From an uncultured Gammaproteobacteria bacterium (GTDB lineage: Bacteria; Patescibacteriota; Patescibacteriia; Magasanikbacterales; GWA2-37-8), in NCBI GenBank assembly GCA_964510885.1, contig CAZEDL010000001.1, positions 684 to 64,683 of the forward strand: a stretch of 64,000 nucleotides of DNA. The letters run 5' to 3'. Positions 37,828 through 45,976 of this stretch are shown here, piece after piece; position 1 is the stretch's first letter, and each line of letters begins with the position of its first letter. The position numbers and the translations under genes were made by a program. The notes under the pieces are model-generated. The model worked only from the letters and a program-made list of their open reading frames with translations. It searched no databases and was not told the origin of the DNA.

Positions 37828-37884
37828 GGGAATGACAGAAAGAAACGTTTCAGACTTTCATTCACCAAATTCACTAACCCCCAG

Positions 37885-37914
37885 TTGACATAGTGAACAC
37901 TTGTTCACTATACT
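37885..37914 (+). promoter_or_regulatory. lexA promoter (TTGACA-N18-TATACT) with Cheo-type SOS box GAACACTTGTTC in the spacer
   Basis: ttgacaTAGTGAACACTTGTTCACtatact read directly; GAAC-N4-GTTC inside an 8+8 inverted repeat AGTGAACA/TGTTCACT at 37895-37906. Confidence 0.6.
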
Positions 37915-37957
37915 ATATACACTACTATGTAATGTAAACTTTAGCTCTAGTAATAAT

Positions 37958-38536
37958 ATGCCCACCCCGGCCCACCTAAACGCCATCATGCAATTTTATC
38001 GCCGCCATAAACGCTTACCATCATATCGTGAAATGTTGCCGCTGACTGGTTTTAAATCCACCAATGCCGTCTTCAGGCTGGTCGAAAAATATATTGCGGC
38101 TGGTTGGCTACACCGGGATAGTGCTGGCAAACTCTCTCCGGGTCGCCGGTTTCTTGGGGTGCCGCTGCTTGGTTCGGTTGCTGCCGGTTGGCCGTCGCCC
38201 GCCGAAGAAGAGTTGGTGGATACCATGACTCTTGATGAATGGTTGATTGGCAATCGCCAGGCCACCTTTATGCTCAAAGTCTCAGGTGATTCCATGATCG
38301 ATGCTGGCATTAAGCCTGGAGACACCATTTTGGTGGAGCGCGGCCGCACTCCCAAAAATGGCGATATTGTGGTGGCGGAAGTTGATAATCAGTGGACGCT
38401 CAAATATTTTCAAAAACACCGTGAACAAGTGGTACTCGTGCCCGCTAACAAAAAATATCACCCCATTATTCCTAAACAAGAATTGAATATTGCCGCCGTA
38501 GTTACCGCCGTGATCCGCAAATATCACATGGTATGA
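37958..38536 (+). CDS. lexA: SOS repressor LexA (S24 peptidase)
   Basis: N-terminal wHTH, cleavage-site region VAAGWPSPAEE, catalytic VSGDSMIDAGI (Ser) and K in IVVAEVDNQWTLKYF; start set at MPTPAHL. Confidence 0.9.
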   Translation: MPTPAHLNAIMQFYRRHKRLPSYREMLPLTGFKSTNAVFRLVEKYIAAGWLHRDSAGKLSPGRRFLGVPLLGSVAAGWPSPAEEELVDTMTLDEWLIGNRQATFMLKVSGDSMIDAGIKPGDTILVERGRTPKNGDIVVAEVDNQWTLKYFQKHREQVVLVPANKKYHPIIPKQELNIAAVVTAVIRKYHMV

Positions 38537-39846
38537 CGGAGCTAGGCTCAATTCCGACAGCTGTTTCTTCTCGCGCCATCATTCATATCGATGGCGACTC
38601 TTTTTTTGCCAGCTGCGAACAGGCTCGTAATCCGCAATTACGTGGTAAGCCAGTCATTACCGGGAAAGAGCGGGGGATAGCGGCCTCTATGAGTTACGAA
38701 GCCAAAGCGCGGGGTGTAACGCGAGCCATGCCGTTATTCGAAATTAAACGCCTCTGCCCCGATGCTGTATTTTTGCCTTCAGATTATGAGATGTATAGCC
38801 TGATGTCGCATCATTTTTATGACATCGTGCGGCGCTACACCGGTTGCATTGAAGAATATGGCATCGATGAATGCTTTGGCGAACTCACCGGGCTTGAAGC
38901 CTCATTTCATAAAAAGTATCAGCAATTAATCGAAGAATTACGAGCTGAACTCAAACGTGAACTCGGCTGCACTTTTTCAGTTGGTCTTGGGCCCAATAAA
39001 ACTTTGGCCAAACTGGGGTCTAATTGGAAAAAACCATACGGTCTCACCACTATAACCCCCGACACCATTGCGGATTTTTTAAAAACTCTGCCGGTGGAAA
39101 AAATTTGGGGTATTGGTCGGCGCACTACCGCTTTTTTAAATACGCAAGGAATTACGACTGCCGGTGAGTTTGCTGCCCAAACAGAATCATGGATAAAACA
39201 AAATCGAACCCGCCCATTTCATGATATTTGGCGTGAACTCCATGGGGAAATGGTTATCCCACTTTATTATGAAGAAAAACGCCAATACCATTCTATCCAG
39301 AAATTCAAAACCTTCAGCCCACCCTCGCGCGACCCAGATTTTATTTTTGCCCAGTTATCAAAAAATATTGAAAACGCGTGCATTAAACTGCGCCGGTATA
39401 ACCAAGCGACACCAAGCGTTTATATCATTTTGCGTACCCAAGATTTTCGCCACCATACCGTGGAAGTACCACTCCTGAGGCCTACCAACTTACCACCCGA
39501 AATTATCCCTCTGGTGCGGCCAGCTTTTCTTAAATTATTCAAAAAACAACTCTATCGCGCCACCGGCATCGTATTTTTCAATCTTACTCCCATGGTGGTA
39601 CAAGCAGATTTATTCGGTGCCACCGAGCGGGTGGAGAAATTGCAGCGCCTCTATGCCAGCGCCGATGCCGTGGCTAAGAAATATGGCAAGCACACACTGT
39701 TCCTTGGGACCAGTTGGCGAGCTCAGCGGTTTAAAGCACATCTCACTGCGCGAGGCGATGAACCCGTTCGAACTTCTACATTACTTAAAGGAGAAACCAA
39801 GCGTAAACGCCTGGGAATCCCAATGTTATTCGGAGGAACGGTGTAA
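38533..39846 (+). CDS. dinB: Y-family DNA polymerase (DinB/Pol IV-like)
   Basis: IHIDGDSFFASCEQ (catalytic D), IDECFGELTG (DE), little-finger region; 4-nt overlap with lexA. Confidence 0.8.
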   Translation: MTELGSIPTAVSSRAIIHIDGDSFFASCEQARNPQLRGKPVITGKERGIAASMSYEAKARGVTRAMPLFEIKRLCPDAVFLPSDYEMYSLMSHHFYDIVRRYTGCIEEYGIDECFGELTGLEASFHKKYQQLIEELRAELKRELGCTFSVGLGPNKTLAKLGSNWKKPYGLTTITPDTIADFLKTLPVEKIWGIGRRTTAFLNTQGITTAGEFAAQTESWIKQNRTRPFHDIWRELHGEMVIPLYYEEKRQYHSIQKFKTFSPPSRDPDFIFAQLSKNIENACIKLRRYNQATPSVYIILRTQDFRHHTVEVPLLRPTNLPPEIIPLVRPAFLKLFKKQLYRATGIVFFNLTPMVVQADLFGATERVEKLQRLYASADAVAKKYGKHTLFLGTSWRAQRFKAHLTARGDEPVRTSTLLKGETKRKRLGIPMLFGGTV

Positions 39847-39928
39847 TAGATCTATCAAACATTGACGAAATAGATTTAATAAGTTCTACTATCCACTAAC
39901 CCCAAAGTTTGGAGGGAGAAAAGAAAGC

Positions 39929-40381
39929 ATGTTAGAAAGAAGGAAGCACCCGCGCTTAGAAATGCATTTGGTTGGTAATAAGCCAGCCGCCGTGTTCATG
40001 GTGATTGTGAAGGAGGGGGAAGAGGACAAGGCGATCTTCCTGCTTATTTGCCACGACATCCATAGTTTGAATGAAGCCCTAAACCAGTGCACTGATCTGG
40101 CTAAGGCTGAGATTCAGGCGCTAGCAGACTTCGCTGCGCGCTCTGGCTTGCCGGCAAGTTCCGAAGAAGACATGGTGTGGTTTGATAACCCCCATCTTGC
40201 CCATATCGTGGCACTCGGCTTCCAGGCTCAAAGCAGTAAAATGATTTTGATGCTCGACCAGGAGGATACAAAAATCCTTCCAATAGAACCCGAAGCTTCG
40301 GAGACAGATCCAGAGGATGATGACCCGCTGGCCACCTACAGGATGTTTCATTCCAGGGCTACGGGAAAGGCCACGTCTTGA
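39929..40381 (+). CDS. hypothetical acidic protein (150 aa)
   Basis: GGAGGGA SD 8 nt upstream of ATG; moderately GC-rich; acidic C-terminus; no recognised family. Confidence 0.4.
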   Translation: MLERRKHPRLEMHLVGNKPAAVFMVIVKEGEEDKAIFLLICHDIHSLNEALNQCTDLAKAEIQALADFAARSGLPASSEEDMVWFDNPHLAHIVALGFQAQSSKMILMLDQEDTKILPIEPEASETDPEDDDPLATYRMFHSRATGKATS

Positions 40382-40490
40382 TCTTGCTCTGGCTTGCCGC
40401 CACCGTCTCTATATTGTGGGCTACAGGAGGTTCTCCACCTGGCGCCCGTCCCATGGTTACAAGTTCTTTTAGCCATCGGACGCCTCAGGT

Positions 40491-40531
40491 GGACATTAAA
40501 AAACCCGGATACACCCGGGTTTTTAATGTCC
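40491..40531. terminator. bidirectional rho-independent terminator
   Basis: ggacattaaaaaacccgg-atacac-ccgggtttttaatgtcc, an 18-bp perfect stem. Confidence 0.7.
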
Positions 40532-40550
40532 ATTGCTTGTAATAAAGTAA

Positions 40551-41021
40551 CTAACGGTGTTTTTCAATGAACGCTTGTTTGGCCGCCTGCATACGGGTGC
40601 CCAGCTCAAGCAGTGCCTGAGGATCAAGAATTTTACGACATTCCGGAAACATATACTCTTCTTCCTCTTTCAGATGATGCTCGGTATTTTCTTTCATCAC
40701 TTTAAATTTAGCGGTCCATTGTTCATTCTGGTAGTCTTCATGTGCCAGCTTGTTAAGCAGATCGCTCATTACCGCATGCTCTTCAATTCCTTCGAGAGTA
40801 ATTTTATGAATACCTTTCAGAGCTTGGATCGCTGGATAAAAAACAGTTTCTTCAATATGGGAATGTGCGTCAAGGGCTAATTTGAGCCGTGCAAATTCAT
40901 ACTGCCGGGTCACTGCAGCTTTTTCGGTAGTCGCAGCTATTTTTTCGAGCAGGGCTTTGAATTGTTGATGGTCTGTTTCCAAAAATTCGATAGCATCAAT
41001 TGCTTTACCAGTGTGGGTCAT
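40551..41021 (-). CDS. hemerythrin-like HHE cation-binding domain protein
   Basis: HxxxE/HxxxH spacing (LETDHQQF, HSHIEETVFYP, EEHAVMSD, HHLKEEEEYMFPE). Confidence 0.75.
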   Translation of the reverse strand: MTHTGKAIDAIEFLETDHQQFKALLEKIAATTEKAAVTRQYEFARLKLALDAHSHIEETVFYPAIQALKGIHKITLEGIEEHAVMSDLLNKLAHEDYQNEQWTAKFKVMKENTEHHLKEEEEYMFPECRKILDPQALLELGTRMQAAKQAFIEKHR

Positions 41022-41187
41022 ACATTCAATATTAAAAATAAAATCACTCAGCCTACTTCTACCTTAGGCCGTAGATCATGAGCTGTCAATTGGTTTAGTA
41101 ACGTGAGCCGCTCAATTACTGGATAGGGGCTCTGTACAGAGCGTGTATATGTGCTAGAGTAAAAATAAACATCATAATTCCTGCGCT

Positions 41188-41715
41188 ATGCAAAAATTAC
41201 CAACTCTTAAAACAGAGTCTCAAGAAAAGAATGAGCGGCTAGAATTTGTACTAGCTATAATTTTTGTAGGTATAGTGCTCGTACCAGGGTACCTATTAGA
41301 CCTCGATTTTGACCTTATACTTAGGAGCCTTACCTGGTTCGATTTTGTTATTATTGTGCTAGCTGTGTTTCGCCTTACTCGATTATTTGTCTATGACGGT
41401 ATCATGGCGTATCTGCGCAGCTGTGTGTTGATTAAAGAGATGGGTGCTACTGACATGTCCGATCAGGCAACAGTAGTATATACCTACCCTAAGGTAGGAC
41501 TGCGCAAAATCCTAGCCGATTTACTGGCCTGCCCGTGGTGTGTCGGCATGTGGCTCTCGGCACTTGTCATCATCCTGTTCTATGCTGTTCCAGTGAGTAA
41601 GTTTTTCATACTAATTTTAGCCGTAGCTGGCCTCAGTACTTTTTGTCAAATAATTAGCAACGCGATCGGCTGGAAAGCTGAAAAAGAAAAATTAATTGTA
41701 CAAGCTAAACAGTAA
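41188..41715 (+). CDS. DUF1360 domain membrane protein
   Basis: LLACPWCVGMWLSALV signature with flanking TM helices. Confidence 0.7.
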   Translation: MQKLPTLKTESQEKNERLEFVLAIIFVGIVLVPGYLLDLDFDLILRSLTWFDFVIIVLAVFRLTRLFVYDGIMAYLRSCVLIKEMGATDMSDQATVVYTYPKVGLRKILADLLACPWCVGMWLSALVIILFYAVPVSKFFILILAVAGLSTFCQIISNAIGWKAEKEKLIVQAKQ

Positions 41716-41741
41716 TCATTCCTGTTTCCGACACTATCAAA

Positions 41742-42327
41742 GTGCCATTCACCACCCAGGCTCCGGCTGTAGAGTGGTCCGAGCTCTGGCAAAATGCCTG
41801 TGAAGCAACCTCAATCTATAGGATCAATAGTTTTTATGCTCAAGATGAGATTAAACGGGATGAAGCTGTTCGGCACATCAAAGAGATTGTAGGGATAAAA
41901 AATAAAGCGTTTAAAGTCAGCGCCGATGAATCATTACAAAAAATTTCTGACCTCAGCAACGCCCTTGAGCTGCCCTGGACTACCGTTATAAAAGAAAATC
42001 CTACCACTGCTGAGTTAAAAGTTGAATTAAGTGCCCATCGACCGATCATTGTCCCGGTCTATACGCCAGCCCTTCAAAGCTCTAATTATACGAGCGGCGG
42101 CCCTGACTATCATGTTAGGGTAATGACGGGGGTATGATGATAAGGCCGGTGTCTTCATAGTCAATGATCCAGGAACAGTGAACAATCAAAAAGTCTTGTT
42201 TAAATACGATCTATTTATGGCCGCCGTTCATGATCTGAACTCTAAAGATTATAAAGCTGGAAGGCCAACTGTCTTACTGTCTTATATACCCTGCAATCAA
42301 GCGATAGTAGCTGGTTATCAGATCTGA
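41742..42327 (+). pseudogene. C39-like (BtrH/peptidase_C39_2-like) cysteine peptidase gene interrupted by a +1 frameshift in a G5 run
   Basis: Frame 0 gives ...WQNACEATSIY (Q..C..S Cys motif) ... DYHVRVMTGV-stop. Frame +1 continues YDDKAGVFIVNDPGT...KYDLFMAAVHDL to the stop at 42325-42327. Deleting one G at 42128-42132 gives HVRVMTGYDDKAGVFIVNDPG. Confidence 0.6.
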
Positions 42328-42416
42328 TTAAAAAATAAGCGTAGGCCAAATACTTATATAGTAGGTAAGATATAATTTTGTCTGCTTCTGTGATATAGTA
42401 AATAATCTGTATACCT

Positions 42417-43301
42417 ATGAAAAAAATTTTTACTCTCAGTTTTTGCCTAATATTACTAAGCGGAGCTGGTTGTGGTAGAAGTGCTGACCTCGACATTGCT
42501 CACCAAAGCCATCCGGCTAGTAATGCAATTTTTAACCTTACACCTACAGGTTCAGTTTCAGTATTAAAACCAGGCACACCTGCTCGTTTTTCTTTTTCGA
42601 TTACCAATAATAGCGGCCAAGTAATTAAAGATTTTTCGCTCACACACGAAAAACTTCTCCACCTGATTGTAGTTAGCCGCGACTTGGCATCATTTCAGCA
42701 TCTGCATCCCGACTATGACAAAACTACCGGAGCATTCACTATCCCGGATCTGATGTTTGGGTCAGCTGGGCGCTGGCTCCTATTTGCTGATTTTTCTCCA
42801 GCCGGCAGCGGATTAGATGCTCACGGTAATCCAATTACTAAGCTGGCTAAACTAGATATTACCGTAGGAGAAGAAAGTGAGTATAAAGAGGCGCCGTTAG
42901 GCGGGGAGGAACGCACTAAAAAGTTCGGCACATACGAAGTTTCGCTCCGTACCGAACCTGCCGCAATAGTGGTTGGTTCTGAAACAGAGTTAGAATTTAC
43001 CCTAAAACAAAATGGCCGCCCCCTAACAAATCTCGAGCCATATCTCGGAGCGCGCGGCCACTCGGTAATCTTAAGAGCTGATACGCTTGAGTATATACAC
43101 ACTCACCCTCACGAAGGGCCAGGTGCGCCGGGAGACGGCAAGGTGATCTTTACTACCAGGTTTGATCGCGCCGGCCGTTATAAGCTGTTTACCCAGTTTA
43201 AACATCAAGGAAAAATTATCACGACTGATTTTGTGGTCTCGGTCAGTCCTGCAACAGCCGGAGCTAAGCCGGCTACCGACCATGCATCAATGCACCACTA
43301 A
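42417..43301 (+). CDS. lipoprotein with His-rich putative metal-binding beta-sandwich domain
   Basis: Lipobox LLSGAG-C; HTHPHEGPG and C-terminal DHASMHH; cupredoxin/YtkA-like pattern suspected but not established. Confidence 0.6.
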   Translation: MKKIFTLSFCLILLSGAGCGRSADLDIAHQSHPASNAIFNLTPTGSVSVLKPGTPARFSFSITNNSGQVIKDFSLTHEKLLHLIVVSRDLASFQHLHPDYDKTTGAFTIPDLMFGSAGRWLLFADFSPAGSGLDAHGNPITKLAKLDITVGEESEYKEAPLGGEERTKKFGTYEVSLRTEPAAIVVGSETELEFTLKQNGRPLTNLEPYLGARGHSVILRADTLEYIHTHPHEGPGAPGDGKVIFTTRFDRAGRYKLFTQFKHQGKIITTDFVVSVSPATAGAKPATDHASMHH

Positions 43302-43309
43302 AGATTGGT

Positions 43310-44254
43310 TTAGAGCGCCCGGTCTAACGCCAAACGAGTTAACAGTGCAGCGCACGCTTCGATATAAGGCCGAGCTAATGGTTCGGCAATTGGGTCGCTA
43401 AAGCCGGGGCGGGAATTTAATTCGATTAGTTTGTAACCGTCCGTCGTATTCATAAAATCCATGGAGTATACCGATGGGGAATACTTTTTTAGCTGTTCGC
43501 TGATACTGACAACTAGGGGAGTCACCGCCGTTGGCAGCCGATCAATCGGAAACATATATTCAGTTCCTCCTTGGGCCACATTGGCAAGCAGCGATCCGCT
43601 GCGCGGAGCACGAACCGTTAATTGCACCAAACGATCTGCCGCTGAAATGATACGCAGATCATGCCGCCCTTCGATCAAGCCAGGAATTCCAAGCGAACTA
43701 TCAAAAAATTCCTGCACCAGGGTACCCTCCCAACTAGGATAAATTTCTCGCGGTAATTCTGCAGTTGGCCGGATAAATATGCCATCTCCACCACATAAAA
43801 AATTTTGTTTCACCACTACTCGATCTGATGCCTGTATTTTCCAAGCCGCTACAGTAGCTAAAAATTCTTCATAAGACGATACCAGCTTGGTTCGAGGCGA
43901 CATATCAGCAAATGCCTGTGCGGTGGCCCATTTATCCACGCATAATTCATCAAGGTCTGGGTTATTTACAATCATGCAATCAGTAATGCGAGGAATAGTA
44001 TTTTGATCATCTCGATTAAAAATAACTTTCACAGTAACTGGAGTGACAGGAGCTGAGAGCATGCCGTTTTTTAATTCATATCCGATCGAAAAAGTTCCGG
44101 CACCACGATAGCTATCGGCTCGCACAATAAATGCAGAGACTCCCGCTTTATTTAGCTGCTCTGCCAAGTGGCAGTAGGCATTCCAATACATCAGTTTATC
44201 AAGCGGGTAGCCTTTTGGCTCCGGAGCCGAAAAATAAATCCCAATCGCTGGCAT
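43310..44254 (-). CDS. ATP-grasp fold ligase (RimK/YheCD-like)
   Basis: C-terminal ATP-grasp signature YSMDFMNTTDGYKLIELNSRPGFS, central KQNFLCGGDGIFI; divergent from the 7TM gene. Confidence 0.7.
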   Translation of the reverse strand: MPAIGIYFSAPEPKGYPLDKLMYWNAYCHLAEQLNKAGVSAFIVRADSYRGAGTFSIGYELKNGMLSAPVTPVTVKVIFNRDDQNTIPRITDCMIVNNPDLDELCVDKWATAQAFADMSPRTKLVSSYEEFLATVAAWKIQASDRVVVKQNFLCGGDGIFIRPTAELPREIYPSWEGTLVQEFFDSSLGIPGLIEGRHDLRIISAADRLVQLTVRAPRSGSLLANVAQGGTEYMFPIDRLPTAVTPLVVSISEQLKKYSPSVYSMDFMNTTDGYKLIELNSRPGFSDPIAEPLARPYIEACAALLTRLALDRAL

Positions 44255-44333
44255 AAATAGTAAATTAAAAGTAGTTGTATCTTAACTCCAACAGGAGTAC
44301 CCTATGAGTAGGTTTTATTTTTAAAAAATCGCT

Positions 44334-45884
44334 ATGAAAAATATTTCATACCGCAGATTTTTTCAGATAATCGGCAGTGCAATCATACTTCTACATACTA
44401 CGATACTCCCAAATCCAGTCGGAGCGCAAACGATCATCTCCGCTCCTGGCGAACAATTAGATAAAAATCTACAGATCATCAGTGATGAGGAAGTGGCCCT
44501 GGGAAACAAAACTATCTTTCGGGCCTCAGCGTCGGTTGCCACCACTTCGTCTCTTAATTATACCTGGCAATTTAGCGATGGGCAGAATCAGATCGAGCAT
44601 GGGGTTGAAGCTGCCCATTCCTTTGATACCACGGGTATTCATACCGTTACCGTTCGGATAACTGCCCCCAATATTAGTGAGCAAATTAGTAAGGATATTT
44701 TTGTTTACAATAAAAAAATCTTCCTGATTACTGGTTCCAATCAAACCGGAAATGCAGGCGCCACTTTAGACCAGCTTAAAACAGCCGCCACTGACGAGCA
44801 AAACTCGCTTGAAATTCTAGAAGTAGACACCGACAGCAGCATCTTCGTGACCGAAGATCGCCTGCTTACCCTGTTCGAGCGCAGCGGCCAATCCCTGGCC
44901 GCAGCCGATATGATTATTTTTGATGTGCCCGCTGCTCGTGGCAGCCAAGCCTTTGCCCGGTACATCCACTCGGTATCGGAAGAATTACAAGAAAAATTTA
45001 CTCATCCCTTATACATAAATATCACCCCGCGCGATTTTAATGATCTGCGGTTTTTATTACAGCAGGTTAGCCGGGTTATCCGTCCTGATATGCTGCTGCT
45101 GATGCATCCGCCAGCACTCGAATACTTGGTAACTGCCACCAACTACGGACAATTAACTACGGCACTGAGAGCAACCGACGTGCCGTATCTGCAAATTACA
45201 GCGTCGGATAGCGGGCCGCTCTGGCACGGGTTATGGAAATTATTGTCCGTATTTGTATCACAAGGGATCTCTGTCAGTGTTATTTACCTTATCCTGATCA
45301 TCCCCTTAATTGTTCTCGTTACCGTGTTTGCTCGCCAAGTGCTCGGCATGCCCACGTTTGGAGTGTATGGGCCAGTAATGACCGCCGCCTCGTTTTTAAT
45401 GCTAGGCCTTAAACTCGGCCTCTTGGTATTCTGTTTTGTCATAGTGGTCACCTATTGCGTCAAATTTATTATCAATCGGGCTAAATTGCTGTACATCTCC
45501 AAAGTGGGTCTTAATCTGAGTTTGCTCAGTGCGTCATTTTTATTTTTGATCTGGGTAATTGGTGTAACCCGCAGCTCCATTTCCTTGTCATTGGCTATCT
45601 TTCCCATGCTCCTTATGGCCACCGTGGCCGAGAAATTCATTGCCGCCCAATCTGAAGAAGGGTTTCGTCAAGCCATCTTGGCTGTGATTTCGACCACCAC
45701 CATCATTGTGGTAAGTTTTTTAGCGGTCACCCATATCGCAGTCGTAACCTTTGTTCAGTCCTGGCCTGAAATCATTTTGCTGGCCATTCTGTTCACCTTT
45801 ATTCTCGGTAAATTTACTGGCCTACGCCTTGATGAATATATTCGCTTCCGCACCCTCTTGCGAGATAACGGAACTGAAGAATAA
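44334..45884 (+). CDS. membrane protein: signal peptide, PKD domain, unknown periplasmic domain, C-terminal 7TM bundle (7TM_transglut-like)
   Basis: PKD motif NYTWQFSDGQ...HSF..TGIHTVTVRI; seven predicted TM helices from about aa 290-500. Confidence 0.7.
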   Translation: MKNISYRRFFQIIGSAIILLHTTILPNPVGAQTIISAPGEQLDKNLQIISDEEVALGNKTIFRASASVATTSSLNYTWQFSDGQNQIEHGVEAAHSFDTTGIHTVTVRITAPNISEQISKDIFVYNKKIFLITGSNQTGNAGATLDQLKTAATDEQNSLEILEVDTDSSIFVTEDRLLTLFERSGQSLAAADMIIFDVPAARGSQAFARYIHSVSEELQEKFTHPLYINITPRDFNDLRFLLQQVSRVIRPDMLLLMHPPALEYLVTATNYGQLTTALRATDVPYLQITASDSGPLWHGLWKLLSVFVSQGISVSVIYLILIIPLIVLVTVFARQVLGMPTFGVYGPVMTAASFLMLGLKLGLLVFCFVIVVTYCVKFIINRAKLLYISKVGLNLSLLSASFLFLIWVIGVTRSSISLSLAIFPMLLMATVAEKFIAAQSEEGFRQAILAVISTTTIIVVSFLAVTHIAVVTFVQSWPEIILLAILFTFILGKFTGLRLDEYIRFRTLLRDNGTEE

Positions 45885-45926
45885 GACATGTCACGGAGCG
45901 TAACATGTCCTGAAATTGCGTCGCTC

Positions 45927-45958
45927 GACCCTAGTAACTGTAAACAGTTACTAGGGTC
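45927..45958 (+). promoter_or_regulatory. 14-bp perfect stem hairpin between 7TM gene and ATP-grasp/QEGLA gene (attenuator-like, no U-tract)
   Basis: gaccctagtaactg-taaa-cagttactagggtc. Confidence 0.5.
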
Positions 45959-45976
45959 TCACTAGCATTATAACTT

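Noticed and set aside
39889-40533. Three minus-strand ORFs of 60-76 aa
   Set aside because: They are antisense to a longer plus-strand ORF with a good SD, and none has an RBS or conservation features.
42242-42496. 84-aa minus-strand ORF
   Set aside because: It overlaps the frameshifted peptidase tail and the lipoprotein start. It has low complexity and no RBS, so it is spurious.
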